From: Verrucomicrobiota bacterium
Lineage (GTDB): Bacteria; Verrucomicrobiota; Verrucomicrobiia; Limisphaerales; JACDHS01
Length of the DNA: 64,000 nt
Direction of reading: 5' to 3'
NCBI GenBank assembly: GCA_013820875.1
Contig: JACDHS010000004.1
Coordinates: 20,563-84,562 of the forward strand
Below the pieces are notes generated by a model. That model saw nothing but the letters and a program-made list of their open reading frames with translations, had not been told where the DNA came from and did not search any database. Positions 1 through 10,478 of the stretch are shown piece after piece; within the stretch, counting starts at the first letter, position 1; every line of letters starts with the position of its first letter. The position numbers and the translations under genes were made by a program.

Positions 1-183
1 CGCGACTTTTTGGCTGCGCAAGAACATTGTGATTTTTTTCACAAAGTCGGAAAGCCGGGACTAAACACGGCAACTTAAACTGTTATTCGGGTTAAAAAAG
101 GGGCCTTAGCAAACATTTCTGGTTTTTCAGGGGGTTTGACCCAGGTCAAGATTGGCGCAAAGCCCTGATCAACTGAAATTCCC

Positions 184-605
184 GTGGGTAACACAGTGTG
201 CGGGCGTCGTTGCCGCAGTTTCCGAGTGGGCAACACACTGTGCGGACGTCGTTTCCGCAGTTTCAAAATGGACAACACACTGTGCGGACGTCGTTTCCGC
301 AGTTTCCGAGTGGACAACACACTGTGCGGTCGTCGTTCCTGGAGTTTTAAAATGGACAACACACTGTGCGGTCGTCGTTCCTGGAGTTTTAAAATGGACA
401 ACACACTGTGCGGACGTCGTTCCTGGAGTTTTAAAATGGACAACACAGTGTGCGGACGTCGTTCCTGGAGTTTCAAAGTGGGCAACACACTGTGCGGTCG
501 TCATTCCTGGAGTTTCAAAGTGGGCAACACACTGTGCGGTCGTCATTCCTGGAGTTTCAAAGTGGACAACACACTGTGTTGCCCACGTTCCTGGCGACCT
601 AAAGT
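184..605. repeat. 42-bp tandem repeat, about 10 copies
   Basis: Core (C/T)AACACA(C/G)TGTG recurs at 189, 231, 273 ... 567, an exact 42-bp spacing; no unique spacers. Confidence 0.97.
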
Positions 606-1032
606 GAAAAACCCCTTATTTTTCAACAATTCGCCCGAATGAAGCTTTCTCACCTGTCCGCCAAACACGCGAAATCAATAGTACAGAGATCAAGTGTGAG
701 GCATTACATCCGGATAGCTCGCCCTTCCTAAATCGCCAGGAATTGCGTAGCGAGCGCGATAAACTGTGAACAAATCGATATGAATACTTCGGTGGCTATC
801 GTCTTGATCAATGGCTTTGCTATAAAACAATCCAGCAGGTCAGAAAAAACCTAAAATGGTGTGAAAAATGTCGATGCTGCGTCCGGATTGTTTCCGGCGG
901 TGGACCGTCAGATAGCTGAAAGACCGATCACTATGTGCGGCGGAATTAAAACGTCTTTCCGCGTTCCTCCTGGTCAGGGGGGCATCTGAAATAAATTGAA
1001 TTTTCGAAAAGTACATAAATCATACAAATAGA

Positions 1033-1632
1033 ATGAAAAAACTCCTGATTGTTGCCGGTGTCCTGTGCGCAGTGGGTGCTGCATTGGGGGTGGATGTCTT
1101 TCCGAAATATTCCAAGAGTTCCATAACGGCCCAGATTCCTACGAACACGGTTGGGTACATCAAAGACGCAGCTTTTGAGCTGGGAACAAACGTGGTTTAT
1201 ACGTTGAACGGTCAGATTTTTATCAACAGCGCCAACGGAAACATTCAGACCGTTGCCGAGGGATTCAGTGGGGCCACGGATAAAAGCACACCATGGAAAA
1301 CTTTAACAGAGCTGTTGGCCGTTTATCAGCAGGGTGTCACCTCGAATAAGGTGGCGGCGCTCTATACGCCCGATTCTCAGGAGTTCCTTGACGAGATTTT
1401 CACCGATGCAGAAGTAACCACCAGATTTAAGGAGTTTAGCTCTTCAATTACCAACATGCAGGTGCTGATGGGTTTTGACCTTTCGAATGGCTTTTATGCT
1501 ATTACCTCCTTCGGATCCACGGGAAATCCGCCGGACAAAATGCCTTTTTTTTTGTCAAAACCAATGGTCAGTATCGTTTGTCCACTTATGACAGTGATGA
1601 AACAAACGTCTCGAACATTGGAGTGTTCCTAA
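1033..1632 (+). CDS. Secreted hypothetical protein, probably frameshifted at T9 (1545-1553); alternative end 1664
   Basis: MKK plus hydrophobic signal peptide; the shifted frame after the T run reads FVKTNGQYRLSTYD...NLLP*. Confidence 0.7.
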   Translation: MKKLLIVAGVLCAVGAALGVDVFPKYSKSSITAQIPTNTVGYIKDAAFELGTNVVYTLNGQIFINSANGNIQTVAEGFSGATDKSTPWKTLTELLAVYQQGVTSNKVAALYTPDSQEFLDEIFTDAEVTTRFKEFSSSITNMQVLMGFDLSNGFYAITSFGSTGNPPDKMPFFLSKPMVSIVCPLMTVMKQTSRTLECS

Positions 1633-1707
1633 ACACCCATTCGGTTACCAATCTCCTTCCATGACGAGTGGCAGAACGTTACTTGATGTGAGTATCCAGC
1701 TTAGACC

Positions 1708-2778
1708 ATGAGTCCTCGTGGTTTCTTTTTACTGATCCTGACGCTGTTCTCAACCGCTGTCGTTCTCTTCTTCCAGCTTAAAACCGATATTTGGACGAAT
1801 TGGCTCCGCCAGTGCGTTTCTCGAAATTACTCGAACACAGTGGGAGTGATTACGCATAGCGGAGTGACGGAACGGGATGTCGCACCTCCCGATTCCATTA
1901 CCGTCAAAATAGGAAAGGAGAAAAGTGTTTATGCGGTTTCAGTTCGGTATCGTTATGAAGTTGGCGGCAGGGTGTTCGAGGGGGAACGCTTTCGTTACAA
2001 CAGCTTCCCATCATCGGCAGCGGATGCCGTGTGGGCGAAGTCAGTAGTCGCGGATTATCCGATAGACTCGGAAGTGCAGGTTTATTACAACCCGGCAAAT
2101 GCTGCTGATTCGGTAATCTCGCCTGGTTTAGCGGGGCGAGATGTGGTGCTGCTGATGTTTATGATTCCCTTCAACTGCATGATGTTTGGCCTATGGGTGA
2201 TGTCTGTATCCTGGTTGCGACGAAACTTATTCAGTCCTGTAGCCGGCGGGGTCAAGGTGCGGCGCGAAGGTCAGGTGGTGAATGTTTGGCTTCCTCGGTT
2301 TATGCCGTCCCTGATCGTTCTGGGATTCGTTGGTCTTTCTTCTTTCCTATCGGTCTTTGCCCTGGGAACAAATCCCTCATTTTTGACTGCCCTGGTCGTG
2401 TGTGGTGCGATTTTCATTTCAGCCATTGCTCTTTACGCGTGGCTTTGGCGTAAAATTCATTTCGAGGACCAATATTTGATGATAGACCACGGGGCTCGGC
2501 GGATAAGATTACCGAAAGCTTTTGGTCGAAAAGAACGCCTGACGCTTCCCTTTGAAGATGTTGTGGATATTACGACAGAAGCGATTGCGCGTCGCAATCG
2601 AGGGAACATCACTTATACGTTTGCGCCGACATTGCACGCGAGAAATGTGCCAGGAGGACCATTTAAACTTGCGAATTGGCGTGAACGAAAGAGAGCTAAC
2701 TCGTTCACCCGCTGGTTGGGTGAACAGCTTGGACTGAATTCGTCGGGTGATTCTGGATCGCCCGAAAGGGACATCTGA
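1708..2778 (+). CDS. DUF3592-like membrane protein
   Basis: TM helix, VRYRYEVGG...VQVYYNPANAADSVI pattern, further TM helices. Confidence 0.75.
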   Translation: MSPRGFFLLILTLFSTAVVLFFQLKTDIWTNWLRQCVSRNYSNTVGVITHSGVTERDVAPPDSITVKIGKEKSVYAVSVRYRYEVGGRVFEGERFRYNSFPSSAADAVWAKSVVADYPIDSEVQVYYNPANAADSVISPGLAGRDVVLLMFMIPFNCMMFGLWVMSVSWLRRNLFSPVAGGVKVRREGQVVNVWLPRFMPSLIVLGFVGLSSFLSVFALGTNPSFLTALVVCGAIFISAIALYAWLWRKIHFEDQYLMIDHGARRIRLPKAFGRKERLTLPFEDVVDITTEAIARRNRGNITYTFAPTLHARNVPGGPFKLANWRERKRANSFTRWLGEQLGLNSSGDSGSPERDI

Positions 2779-3220
2779 GATCGTTGGGAAAGCGCTCCGT
2801 CTCCCAGTCAACGATTCCGACGAGTCTTGATGCGATGTCGCGTGGATCGGTCACCTGCAGCACCGATGGACTTCCTATACGGGCACGGGGCGCAACATCT
2901 TTGGATCGAACGTTCTCTTTGGACACGGACGCCCTGGAGCCATCAAGTATGTGGATGCTGAATATCTGATGAGTTTTTCGCACCTCTGGGGGATTCCGAG
3001 AAAAAAGCATTTTACGAACTTTTTGTCTCGAATGACCAGAAGTCCATAGAGACAAAGGTGAATTTTTGAAGAACTCATTGAACGACGCTCTGAATGAGCG
3101 ATGGGGCTGCCCGGCAACGCGCAGGGGTCTCCGCTGTGAACAACGGCGGCGAAAACGGGCCCCTCGGATTAGGCGTTTGTTAGCGCAGATTAGCGGTTTA
3201 GTGATTTTTGAACTACCGGA

Positions 3221-4654
3221 TTACTTCTTTGAACCAGCTTTGCGGGCTCGCGCTATTGTCGATTCATACTCCGGGCGCTTTTGCCATTCAGGGAAGTAAC
3301 GTTGATACTCGGGCAGTTCTGTCCAGAAGCGCGGTTCAGGGTCGGCGGGAATCACTTTGCCTTCCGGATAATCTTTTCCGGCCACGCTCGCTTCGACCGA
3401 TTCATTCCACGCGAGCAATGCTTCGTGCAATCGCTTTGCAATTTTCGGTTGTTCGCTGGAAATATCCCGCGTCTCTTTCGGATCGGCTTGCAGGTCGAAT
3501 AGTTGGAACTTTCCTTTCGCAGATTTTTCGATCAACAGCTTGTAATTATTATCGACAAGCGCTGCGCCGCCTTGAAAGCGGAAAGGAATCGGCTTGCTCC
3601 GTTTCTCAACCGCTGTCGCAAACAATGGTCGCAGACTTTCACCATCCACCGGCTGCACCATGGCCTCTTGCGGAAGCTTCGCGACATCCGCAACGGTCGG
3701 AAAAATATCCATCGTGCTGGCTGGGTAAAGAGTCGTTCGCGGCGACTTGATTGCCGCAGGCCATTCAATGATGCCGGGGACGCGAAGTCCGCCTTCAAAC
3801 AGCGAACCTTTAAATCCTCGCAAGCCATTCACAGTATCAGGCTTGATGCTGCCGAGACCTCCGTTGTCGCTGCAAAACATCAGCAATGTGTTGTCGGCCA
3901 ACGCGAGTTCGCGCAATCGCTTCCGCAACGTGCCGATGCTCCGATCCATTGCCACCAATTCGCCATAGTGATCTTGCGACTCCTCGGACAGCGCGGAGAA
4001 AGCAGCTTTGTCCTGGTCAGAAGCCCGGAAGGGTGAGTGCGGTGTTCCATACCAGATGACGGCGAACATCGGCTTGTCACTGCGATGATGGCGTTCGATG
4101 AACTTCAACGTTTCGCCGACGGCGATTTCCGAGGAGTCGCCTTTGAACTCTTCAATTTTTCCCTGGCGGCTCAAGAGCGGATTCAAATCGTAAAAATTCG
4201 ATGTCGAGACCCATTCATCAAAACCGAACGCGCCGGGATGGCGTTCATCGGAAGAGAGAATCGGCGCACCGGGTCCGCGTAATCCGTTGAGGTGCCATTT
4301 CCCAAAATGGCCGGTCACATAGCCCGCTTTGCGGAGTGCCTGGGCGATGGTCCTCTCCTGGAGTCGCAACGCGTAACCGTGACTGAGAACCCCGGTGCGA
4401 TCATTGGAACGTCCCGTCAACACACTGGCGCGAGTCGGCGAGCAGACAGGCGCCCCGGCATAAAAGCGATCGAGACGAAGTCCGTTCGCGGCCATCGCAT
4501 CGAGGTTCGGCGTCTTGAGGACGGGATGATTGTAATAACCTGTTTGGCCCCATCCCATGTCATCGGCCATGACCAGGATGATGTTGGGGCGATCGGCGGC
4601 TTGCGTTATCAAAGCAACGAAGCAGGCAACGATGATCGAAAGGGCAGTCTTCAT
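3221..4654 (-). CDS. Sulfatase (formylglycine-dependent), secreted
   Basis: [15 protein letters not shown] motif, GKWHL, SDNG; signal peptide. Confidence 0.95.
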   Translation of the reverse strand: MKTALSIIVACFVALITQAADRPNIILVMADDMGWGQTGYYNHPVLKTPNLDAMAANGLRLDRFYAGAPVCSPTRASVLTGRSNDRTGVLSHGYALRLQERTIAQALRKAGYVTGHFGKWHLNGLRGPGAPILSSDERHPGAFGFDEWVSTSNFYDLNPLLSRQGKIEEFKGDSSEIAVGETLKFIERHHRSDKPMFAVIWYGTPHSPFRASDQDKAAFSALSEESQDHYGELVAMDRSIGTLRKRLRELALADNTLLMFCSDNGGLGSIKPDTVNGLRGFKGSLFEGGLRVPGIIEWPAAIKSPRTTLYPASTMDIFPTVADVAKLPQEAMVQPVDGESLRPLFATAVEKRSKPIPFRFQGGAALVDNNYKLLIEKSAKGKFQLFDLQADPKETRDISSEQPKIAKRLHEALLAWNESVEASVAGKDYPEGKVIPADPEPRFWTELPEYQRYFPEWQKRPEYESTIARARKAGSKK

Positions 4655-4687
4655 TTCAGCGATGATTGGGAGACGGTTTTACAAAAA

Positions 4688-6229
4688 CTACTCGACAATG
4701 ACAGGAGCCCAGAGTCCCTCCTTCAGTTCCGGTGTTTTTCCCGAAGATGGAAAAGAGTTTTTAACCGCCACACGCAGTTGCCTGGAGAGTTCGTCCATCG
4801 TCGAGGTATGAGCGGCTTTGTTGGCGAGATTGGTTAGTTCCTTCGGATCCGCATCGTGATCGTACAACTCGCGGCCTTGATTGCCTTCATCCCACTCGGT
4901 GTAGCGCCAGCGCGCGGTGCGGAGGCTGTAACCGGAGAATCGATCGGGGCGAGTGCCTTCAGAAGCAATGACTGCCGATCGTTTGCCGCCCTGGTTGCGC
5001 ACCACCTGGGTGAGCGCCCATCCGCGGCCTTTCACGGAAGGATCCTTGAGTATGGGGACGAGGCTTTGGCCTTGGAGGTTCGACGGCGCTTTTACTCCAC
5101 AGAGTTCCGTCAACGTGGGATACAAATCAATCAGACCCACCGGGGACGATGCCACTCCGCCTTTGGCAGTGACGCCGGGCGCGACAATGAACAGCGGCAC
5201 ACGCGCGCTTTCTTCGAAGAGGCTTTGTTTTTTCCACAAATTGTGTTCGCCCATGTGATAGCCATGGTCGCTGGTGAAAACGATGATCGTATTTTCCGAC
5301 AGGCCGAGTCGGTCAAGGGCATCCACCACGCGACCAACCTGCGCGTCCATAAAACTGATGCTGGCATAATACGCCTGCATGGCTTTGCGCCGAATATCAT
5401 CGGGAAGATTCACTTCTTCCTTTCTTCGGCTGGCAAAGGCGGCTGGCGGGATGTCTGCCTCATCCTCTTTTCGACTTCGCACGACTGGCATCTCCGCCTC
5501 GGGATACCAATCGAAATAGGGCGTTTGGGGGGCGGTGTAAGGGGTGTGCGGGCGGAAGAATCCGACCGCCAAAAAGAATGGCCGGTCCTTCTGCCGGGCG
5601 CACCGCTCCAGCACCCATTCGGCTTCGGTGGCAAGTATGCCGTCGGTGTGATGCAGATCACTTTTGGGTGAAGCATACCAGCTCAGTGCGCTGCCAAGAT
5701 TGCCGGGAACCAGGGTGAACATGTGCGGTTGTTCCTCAAGGCGATCGACACCGGCTGGATTCAGTTCGAGTTCCCAGGAAGCTGGGTCGTCGTTGCCGTC
5801 TGTGCCGATGGAGCCCGGCACCCCGTAGTGGTAAAGTTTGCCCAACCGGGCGGCGAAATATCCCGCATGCCGAAAAGATTGCGAGAGGCTGACCTGGGAA
5901 GGAACGGTCTGACGAAAAATCTGCGCGTTGCCGAGGATCCCGGAGCTATTGGGGTAGAGACCGGTGAGCATGGAGTTTCGACTTGGTCCGCACAGCGGGA
6001 AGTTGCAATAAGCGCGGTCGAAGCGCACGCCTCTCCCGGCGAGTTTGTCGAGGTTTGGCGTCTTCGCTCGTGGATCACCATAACAGCCGAGGAAATTGTT
6101 CAAGTCATCGGAGATGATAAAGAGAACGTTTTGTTTCTGCGGAGCGGCAGCCTGCGCCAGACTGGACATCGCGGCTAACACCAGGGAACCAAAAGAGACA
6201 ACAACAAAGCGGAGGATGAATTTCGTCAT
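4688..6229 (-). CDS. Sulfatase (iduronate/choline sulfatase-like)
   Basis: NVLFIISDDL, CGPSR, GFFRPH, SDHG. Confidence 0.95.
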   Translation of the reverse strand: MTKFILRFVVVSFGSLVLAAMSSLAQAAAPQKQNVLFIISDDLNNFLGCYGDPRAKTPNLDKLAGRGVRFDRAYCNFPLCGPSRNSMLTGLYPNSSGILGNAQIFRQTVPSQVSLSQSFRHAGYFAARLGKLYHYGVPGSIGTDGNDDPASWELELNPAGVDRLEEQPHMFTLVPGNLGSALSWYASPKSDLHHTDGILATEAEWVLERCARQKDRPFFLAVGFFRPHTPYTAPQTPYFDWYPEAEMPVVRSRKEDEADIPPAAFASRRKEEVNLPDDIRRKAMQAYYASISFMDAQVGRVVDALDRLGLSENTIIVFTSDHGYHMGEHNLWKKQSLFEESARVPLFIVAPGVTAKGGVASSPVGLIDLYPTLTELCGVKAPSNLQGQSLVPILKDPSVKGRGWALTQVVRNQGGKRSAVIASEGTRPDRFSGYSLRTARWRYTEWDEGNQGRELYDHDADPKELTNLANKAAHTSTMDELSRQLRVAVKNSFPSSGKTPELKEGLWAPVIVE

Positions 6230-6254
6230 AGATTAAAAAGCGCGATGGATTTGT

Positions 6255-8048
6255 TCATTTAATGAGCGTCAGTGTCACGCGACGCAGGTCCATAACAGAT
6301 TCTCCCGGAATCTCCAACGCGCGAAGCATCAGCGGGGCCTGCCCTTTGGTCAGCGCGATTTCGCCCAGTTTCAAGGTGCGGAACTCTTTCATTTGCGACT
6401 CACCAGGTGGGCGGGGAATCGTATCCTGATTCGTGTAAAGTGGGGGATCCCAACCGGGCGCCACTCTGCCAGCGAGGCGACTCTCTTTGAAACTCAGTTC
6501 GATGATCGATCCAGCATCCGCCAACGGGCAGGTGTAATCCACAGTCACCTCGTAGCGGCCAGTCGTCGCGACATCCAGAAGCCAGGCCACGCTGTCGCCT
6601 TTGCTTGTCCAGTTTACAAAATAGGAGCAATTTGGCGCGCCGCTGCTTCGTTTCACATTACCGCCCGGTTCACCATCGCGCGCCGGGAGCATGGTGATTG
6701 GAAATTCCGGGTACCCGGCTGAGATGGGACGCGGATCGACTGCATTTTTGCCTCTGGCCTTCATGATAGAACCGTCTGGGCTGCCAAACATCTCCCGCCG
6801 CCACGCCTTCACTGCGGCGCTCAAACTCGCGGCAATGTCGGGCTCCTTATCCGTCACCGGGGTTGCCTGGCCCGGATCAGCGACCATATCATAAAGCTGG
6901 CCAGCGGAATCCAATCGGTGCCGTTGCGTGCGCACGCTGATGTTATTACCCCACGTGGAGAAAATCATTCGATCAGGCCAGTCACCGCGTCGTTTCAAGA
7001 GCAGGGGGCTGAGATCCCGGCCATCAAGCGGTTTGTCGCCGACACGCCGAATGCCCGTCAACTTCGTCAGCGTTGGCAGCAGATCAATCGCGCCAGTGAT
7101 CTGGGTAACGGTGTGGCCTTTAGGCAGTTTCGCCGGCCAGCGAATGAAGAATGGGGAACGGATGCCGCCTTCGTCAGTCTGGCCTTTCTTGCCTTTCATG
7201 CCGCCGTTCCAACGAAAGCTGTTCGGGCCATTATCGGAAAAATAAATGACGATGGTATTCTTCGTCAGCTTCAACTCCTGGAGCTTGTTGAGGACACGGC
7301 CCACGTTCCAGTCCTGGTTCTCCATCATTGCGAGAGCGCAACGAGTTTCATCAGGCGCCTCCTTGCCGGGATCGGTGGCGTGCTGGGTAATGGACTTGTT
7401 CTTGAACCGTTGCCAATCCTTTTCCGGCGCGGCCCACGGCGAGTGCGGTGTAGTGAACGGCACGTAACAGAGAAAGGGGCGCGTTTTGTTTTGCTCAATG
7501 AATCGCAGTGCGCGATCCGTGCAGACATCAACGATGTAACCTTCGGTGCGGACCATGCGCCCGTTGTCCTCGAGAGGCGCATCGAAGTATTCACCCCAGT
7601 GACCTGAGGTGTGGCCGAAGTATTCGTCAAAACCCCGCGCCATCGGATGATATGGCCACTGGCTTCCATTGTGCCATTTACCAAAAGCGCCAGTGGCATA
7701 GCCTGCGGCCTTGAACGCATCAGCGACGGTCTTCTCATCCAGGTCCAGCCGTTCTTGTCCGGTGGAAACGCCACGCACACCGCCGCGTGGATGGTAACGT
7801 CCCGTGAGGAACTCCGCGCGCGTCGGCGAACAGACCGGGGAAACGTAAAATCGATCGAGCGTCACCCCAGCTTTGGCGATGGAATCAATGTTGGGCGTGG
7901 CAACCTGCCTGTTGCCATTGACGCTGTAATCACCCCAACCAGCATCGTCGGCGAGGAAGATCACGACATTCGGCGGCGTAGCCCCGGAGATAGTTGTTAC
8001 AAACAGGATCCAGACCAATAGTGAACAAGCGGGGAAGATATTTCTCAT
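6255..8048 (-). CDS. Arylsulfatase with C-terminal beta-sandwich extension
   Basis: PNVVIFLADD, CSPTR, GKWHNG, SDNG. Confidence 0.95.
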   Translation of the reverse strand: MRNIFPACSLLVWILFVTTISGATPPNVVIFLADDAGWGDYSVNGNRQVATPNIDSIAKAGVTLDRFYVSPVCSPTRAEFLTGRYHPRGGVRGVSTGQERLDLDEKTVADAFKAAGYATGAFGKWHNGSQWPYHPMARGFDEYFGHTSGHWGEYFDAPLEDNGRMVRTEGYIVDVCTDRALRFIEQNKTRPFLCYVPFTTPHSPWAAPEKDWQRFKNKSITQHATDPGKEAPDETRCALAMMENQDWNVGRVLNKLQELKLTKNTIVIYFSDNGPNSFRWNGGMKGKKGQTDEGGIRSPFFIRWPAKLPKGHTVTQITGAIDLLPTLTKLTGIRRVGDKPLDGRDLSPLLLKRRGDWPDRMIFSTWGNNISVRTQRHRLDSAGQLYDMVADPGQATPVTDKEPDIAASLSAAVKAWRREMFGSPDGSIMKARGKNAVDPRPISAGYPEFPITMLPARDGEPGGNVKRSSGAPNCSYFVNWTSKGDSVAWLLDVATTGRYEVTVDYTCPLADAGSIIELSFKESRLAGRVAPGWDPPLYTNQDTIPRPPGESQMKEFRTLKLGEIALTKGQAPLMLRALEIPGESVMDLRRVTLTLIK

Positions 8049-8223
8049 GCTTTATGTAACGCCGATGCCGCTGGATGCAGGTGGGCGAGTGAATGTTAAG
8101 AGTATCTGTGGTTTAGAAAAGTTACACTCAAGGTATCCAGTCAGCCGAACTGTTTACCCAAACACACGAAAACATCAGGGCAAACCAAACCTTTTCCGCC
8201 GCGGATTTCACCCGTTGAAATGT

Positions 8224-10461
8224 TCATCTTACTTTTGTTTTAAGCTTCTCAACCCGCGCCTGTGAATTGTAATCAGGCACGCCGCCCATTTTTTCGTAAA
8301 CACCGCGTTTGATGAGGACATTGCCTTCGGGCCAGTGGACTTGCAGGTTGCCGCGCGCGATCTGGGAGAGAAACACGCGACCTTCGAGGCGGCCCATTTC
8401 GTTGACGAGTGCAATGGGATCGTTCTGCTGGACGCCGAGGCGGGTGGCATCCTCTACGCTCATAAAAATCGCATCGCGCGGCGCGCCAGTGAGTGGATCC
8501 ACCTCGTCGTAGATGAGGGTGTTGAACTGCTTGCCGCGGCGGGTGCTGATTTCAAATACACCTGATGCGCGAGCGAGATCGGGTAGCGGCACCGGGCGAA
8601 AATGGGCTTTGCCATCCTCGGTTGGAAACTTCCATCCGGCGCACAGGTGCGCCCCTCCGTATTGAACTGCATCACCCGTTTTTTCAAGGTGCTGAATGCC
8701 GTTATAGAATGGAACGATTTCGGCGATCTCTTCGCGCATTCGCCAACCGTTTTCGCAACGGAGCAAATGCGCTTTCTCGGGGTGCACGGTGGCAGCGATG
8801 TCGCGCAGGATTTTCCACTCTGCTTTGGCTTCGCCCACTTGCCGCGGAATCTCCGGGCTGAACGCAATGCGACGTTCGGTGGTTGTTTCAATGCCGCCAT
8901 CGTCTTGTTCGTAGCGGGTTTTGGCGGGAAGCAAAATGACTTCCTCTTTCGCCGCGATAAACATTTGGTCGGTCAGAATGATGTCTTGATGAACGCGCAT
9001 GGGCAGGTTTGCCATCGCTTTGGCGACGTAATCGGGATCGGGCAAGGTGCGAAGGAAATTGCCGCCCAGGCAGTAGAGGAGATCGAGATCGCCCCGGGCG
9101 CTCGCATCCACCATTTCGGTGGTCGGCATGCCGGGCCAGTCTGGAATTGGAAAACCATATTGAGTCGAAAGCGCCTCCGCGTTTGCGGCATTGATCGGTT
9201 TGACGCCTGGAAAAGTCGTGGCGTAAGCGCCCATTTCGGCGCCGCCCTGCACGCTGGAATGTCCGCGAATCGGCATCAAACCGCATTTATCGCGGCCGAC
9301 ATATCCCTTCATTAATCCGAGATTCAACACCATGGAAACGGCATCGCCACCGTAGGAGTGCTGGGTGATGCCCATGCTCCAGATGAGCACGGCATTTTTG
9401 GCATCGCGGATCAGTTCGGCAAATTCCTGCATGGAACTACGCGGCAATCCGGATTGTTTTTCCAATGTGGCCCAGTCGAGACAAGCGGCTGCTGTCTTCA
9501 ACTCTTCCAATCCTTCCGTCCAGGGTTGAGTAAACGTTTTGTCCTCCCATCCATTCTCCAAAAGAATCTTTATCACCCCGTAGATGAAGGCGATGTCGCC
9601 GCCTTGCGAGACCGGGAACCAGTAATCCATGATATCGGTGCCGAACATCGCGCTACCAGCCGTGGAAGGAACCCAATAGCGTTCCATGCCCGGTTCGCGA
9701 TATGGATTCACCATGACCACTTTGGTCCCGAGCTTTTTGGCTTCGTGAAAATACTTTGTTGTAACCGGTTGATCATTTGCGGGATTCGCGCCGAACAAAA
9801 TGATCAGGTCGGTCCCGTACCAATCTTTGTAGGAGCAGGTGGAAGCGGCGACGCCGACTGCATGTTTCATCGCACCCGTGCTGGGTGAATGGCAGAGGCG
9901 AGCCGCGTTATCTACGTTGTTTGTGCCAAGGAAGCGCGCAGCTTTTTGCGCCATGTAATAAACTTCATTGGTCACTCCACGCGAAGTAACGAACAATGCC
10001 CAGCGTTTGGGATCAGTGGCTTTGATTTTTTTCGCAATACGAGAGTTGGCTTCTTCCCAGGAAATGCGGCGAAAACCTTTTTCGTTTTTCTCGCGCAACA
10101 TCGGGTAAGGCAGACGGCCGAGTTCGCGCAGTTGAGCGTTATCGAGTGCCTGCAGTTTGGAGATATCCGCGAGTAAAGAAACGTCCAGTTCGGAAACGGT
10201 GTTGAGTCGAAGCAGGTTCAACCGGGTCATGCAAAGGTGCGTCCCTTTGATGGTCCAATCATGCAACCCCGCCACACCAAGCGCGCAGCCATCGCACACA
10301 CCACGTGTGATGACTTTCCAGGCATAAGGAAGATTGTCCCGATTTTTCCAAATGATCTTCACCATGTCCCGAAAGTGTTTCGGCTTGGTCTGACCGAGCC
10401 CGAACGGGACAGCGGATTTTAACTTGTCAGAGAAACTTTTTTTGATCCGATGATTGGACAT
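8224..10461 (-). CDS. FdhF/YdeP family molybdopterin oxidoreductase
   Basis: CDGCALG, ARLCHSPS, PIRGHSSVQG, C-terminal molybdopterin dinucleotide-binding region. Confidence 0.92.
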   Translation of the reverse strand: MSNHRIKKSFSDKLKSAVPFGLGQTKPKHFRDMVKIIWKNRDNLPYAWKVITRGVCDGCALGVAGLHDWTIKGTHLCMTRLNLLRLNTVSELDVSLLADISKLQALDNAQLRELGRLPYPMLREKNEKGFRRISWEEANSRIAKKIKATDPKRWALFVTSRGVTNEVYYMAQKAARFLGTNNVDNAARLCHSPSTGAMKHAVGVAASTCSYKDWYGTDLIILFGANPANDQPVTTKYFHEAKKLGTKVVMVNPYREPGMERYWVPSTAGSAMFGTDIMDYWFPVSQGGDIAFIYGVIKILLENGWEDKTFTQPWTEGLEELKTAAACLDWATLEKQSGLPRSSMQEFAELIRDAKNAVLIWSMGITQHSYGGDAVSMVLNLGLMKGYVGRDKCGLMPIRGHSSVQGGAEMGAYATTFPGVKPINAANAEALSTQYGFPIPDWPGMPTTEMVDASARGDLDLLYCLGGNFLRTLPDPDYVAKAMANLPMRVHQDIILTDQMFIAAKEEVILLPAKTRYEQDDGGIETTTERRIAFSPEIPRQVGEAKAEWKILRDIAATVHPEKAHLLRCENGWRMREEIAEIVPFYNGIQHLEKTGDAVQYGGAHLCAGWKFPTEDGKAHFRPVPLPDLARASGVFEISTRRGKQFNTLIYDEVDPLTGAPRDAIFMSVEDATRLGVQQNDPIALVNEMGRLEGRVFLSQIARGNLQVHWPEGNVLIKRGVYEKMGGVPDYNSQARVEKLKTKVR

Positions 10462-10478
10462 GGCGTGGAAAACTGCGA

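Noticed and set aside
40-80. c-di-GMP-I riboswitch-like GAAA hairpin
   Set aside because: Stems and the conserved GCAAA/P2 pattern do not match
75-642. Repeat-protein ORFs over array 1 (likewise ORFs over arrays at 15461-15981, 24488-25360 and 43049-43561)
   Set aside because: Several frames on both strands are open simply because the units lack stops; no frame is preferred
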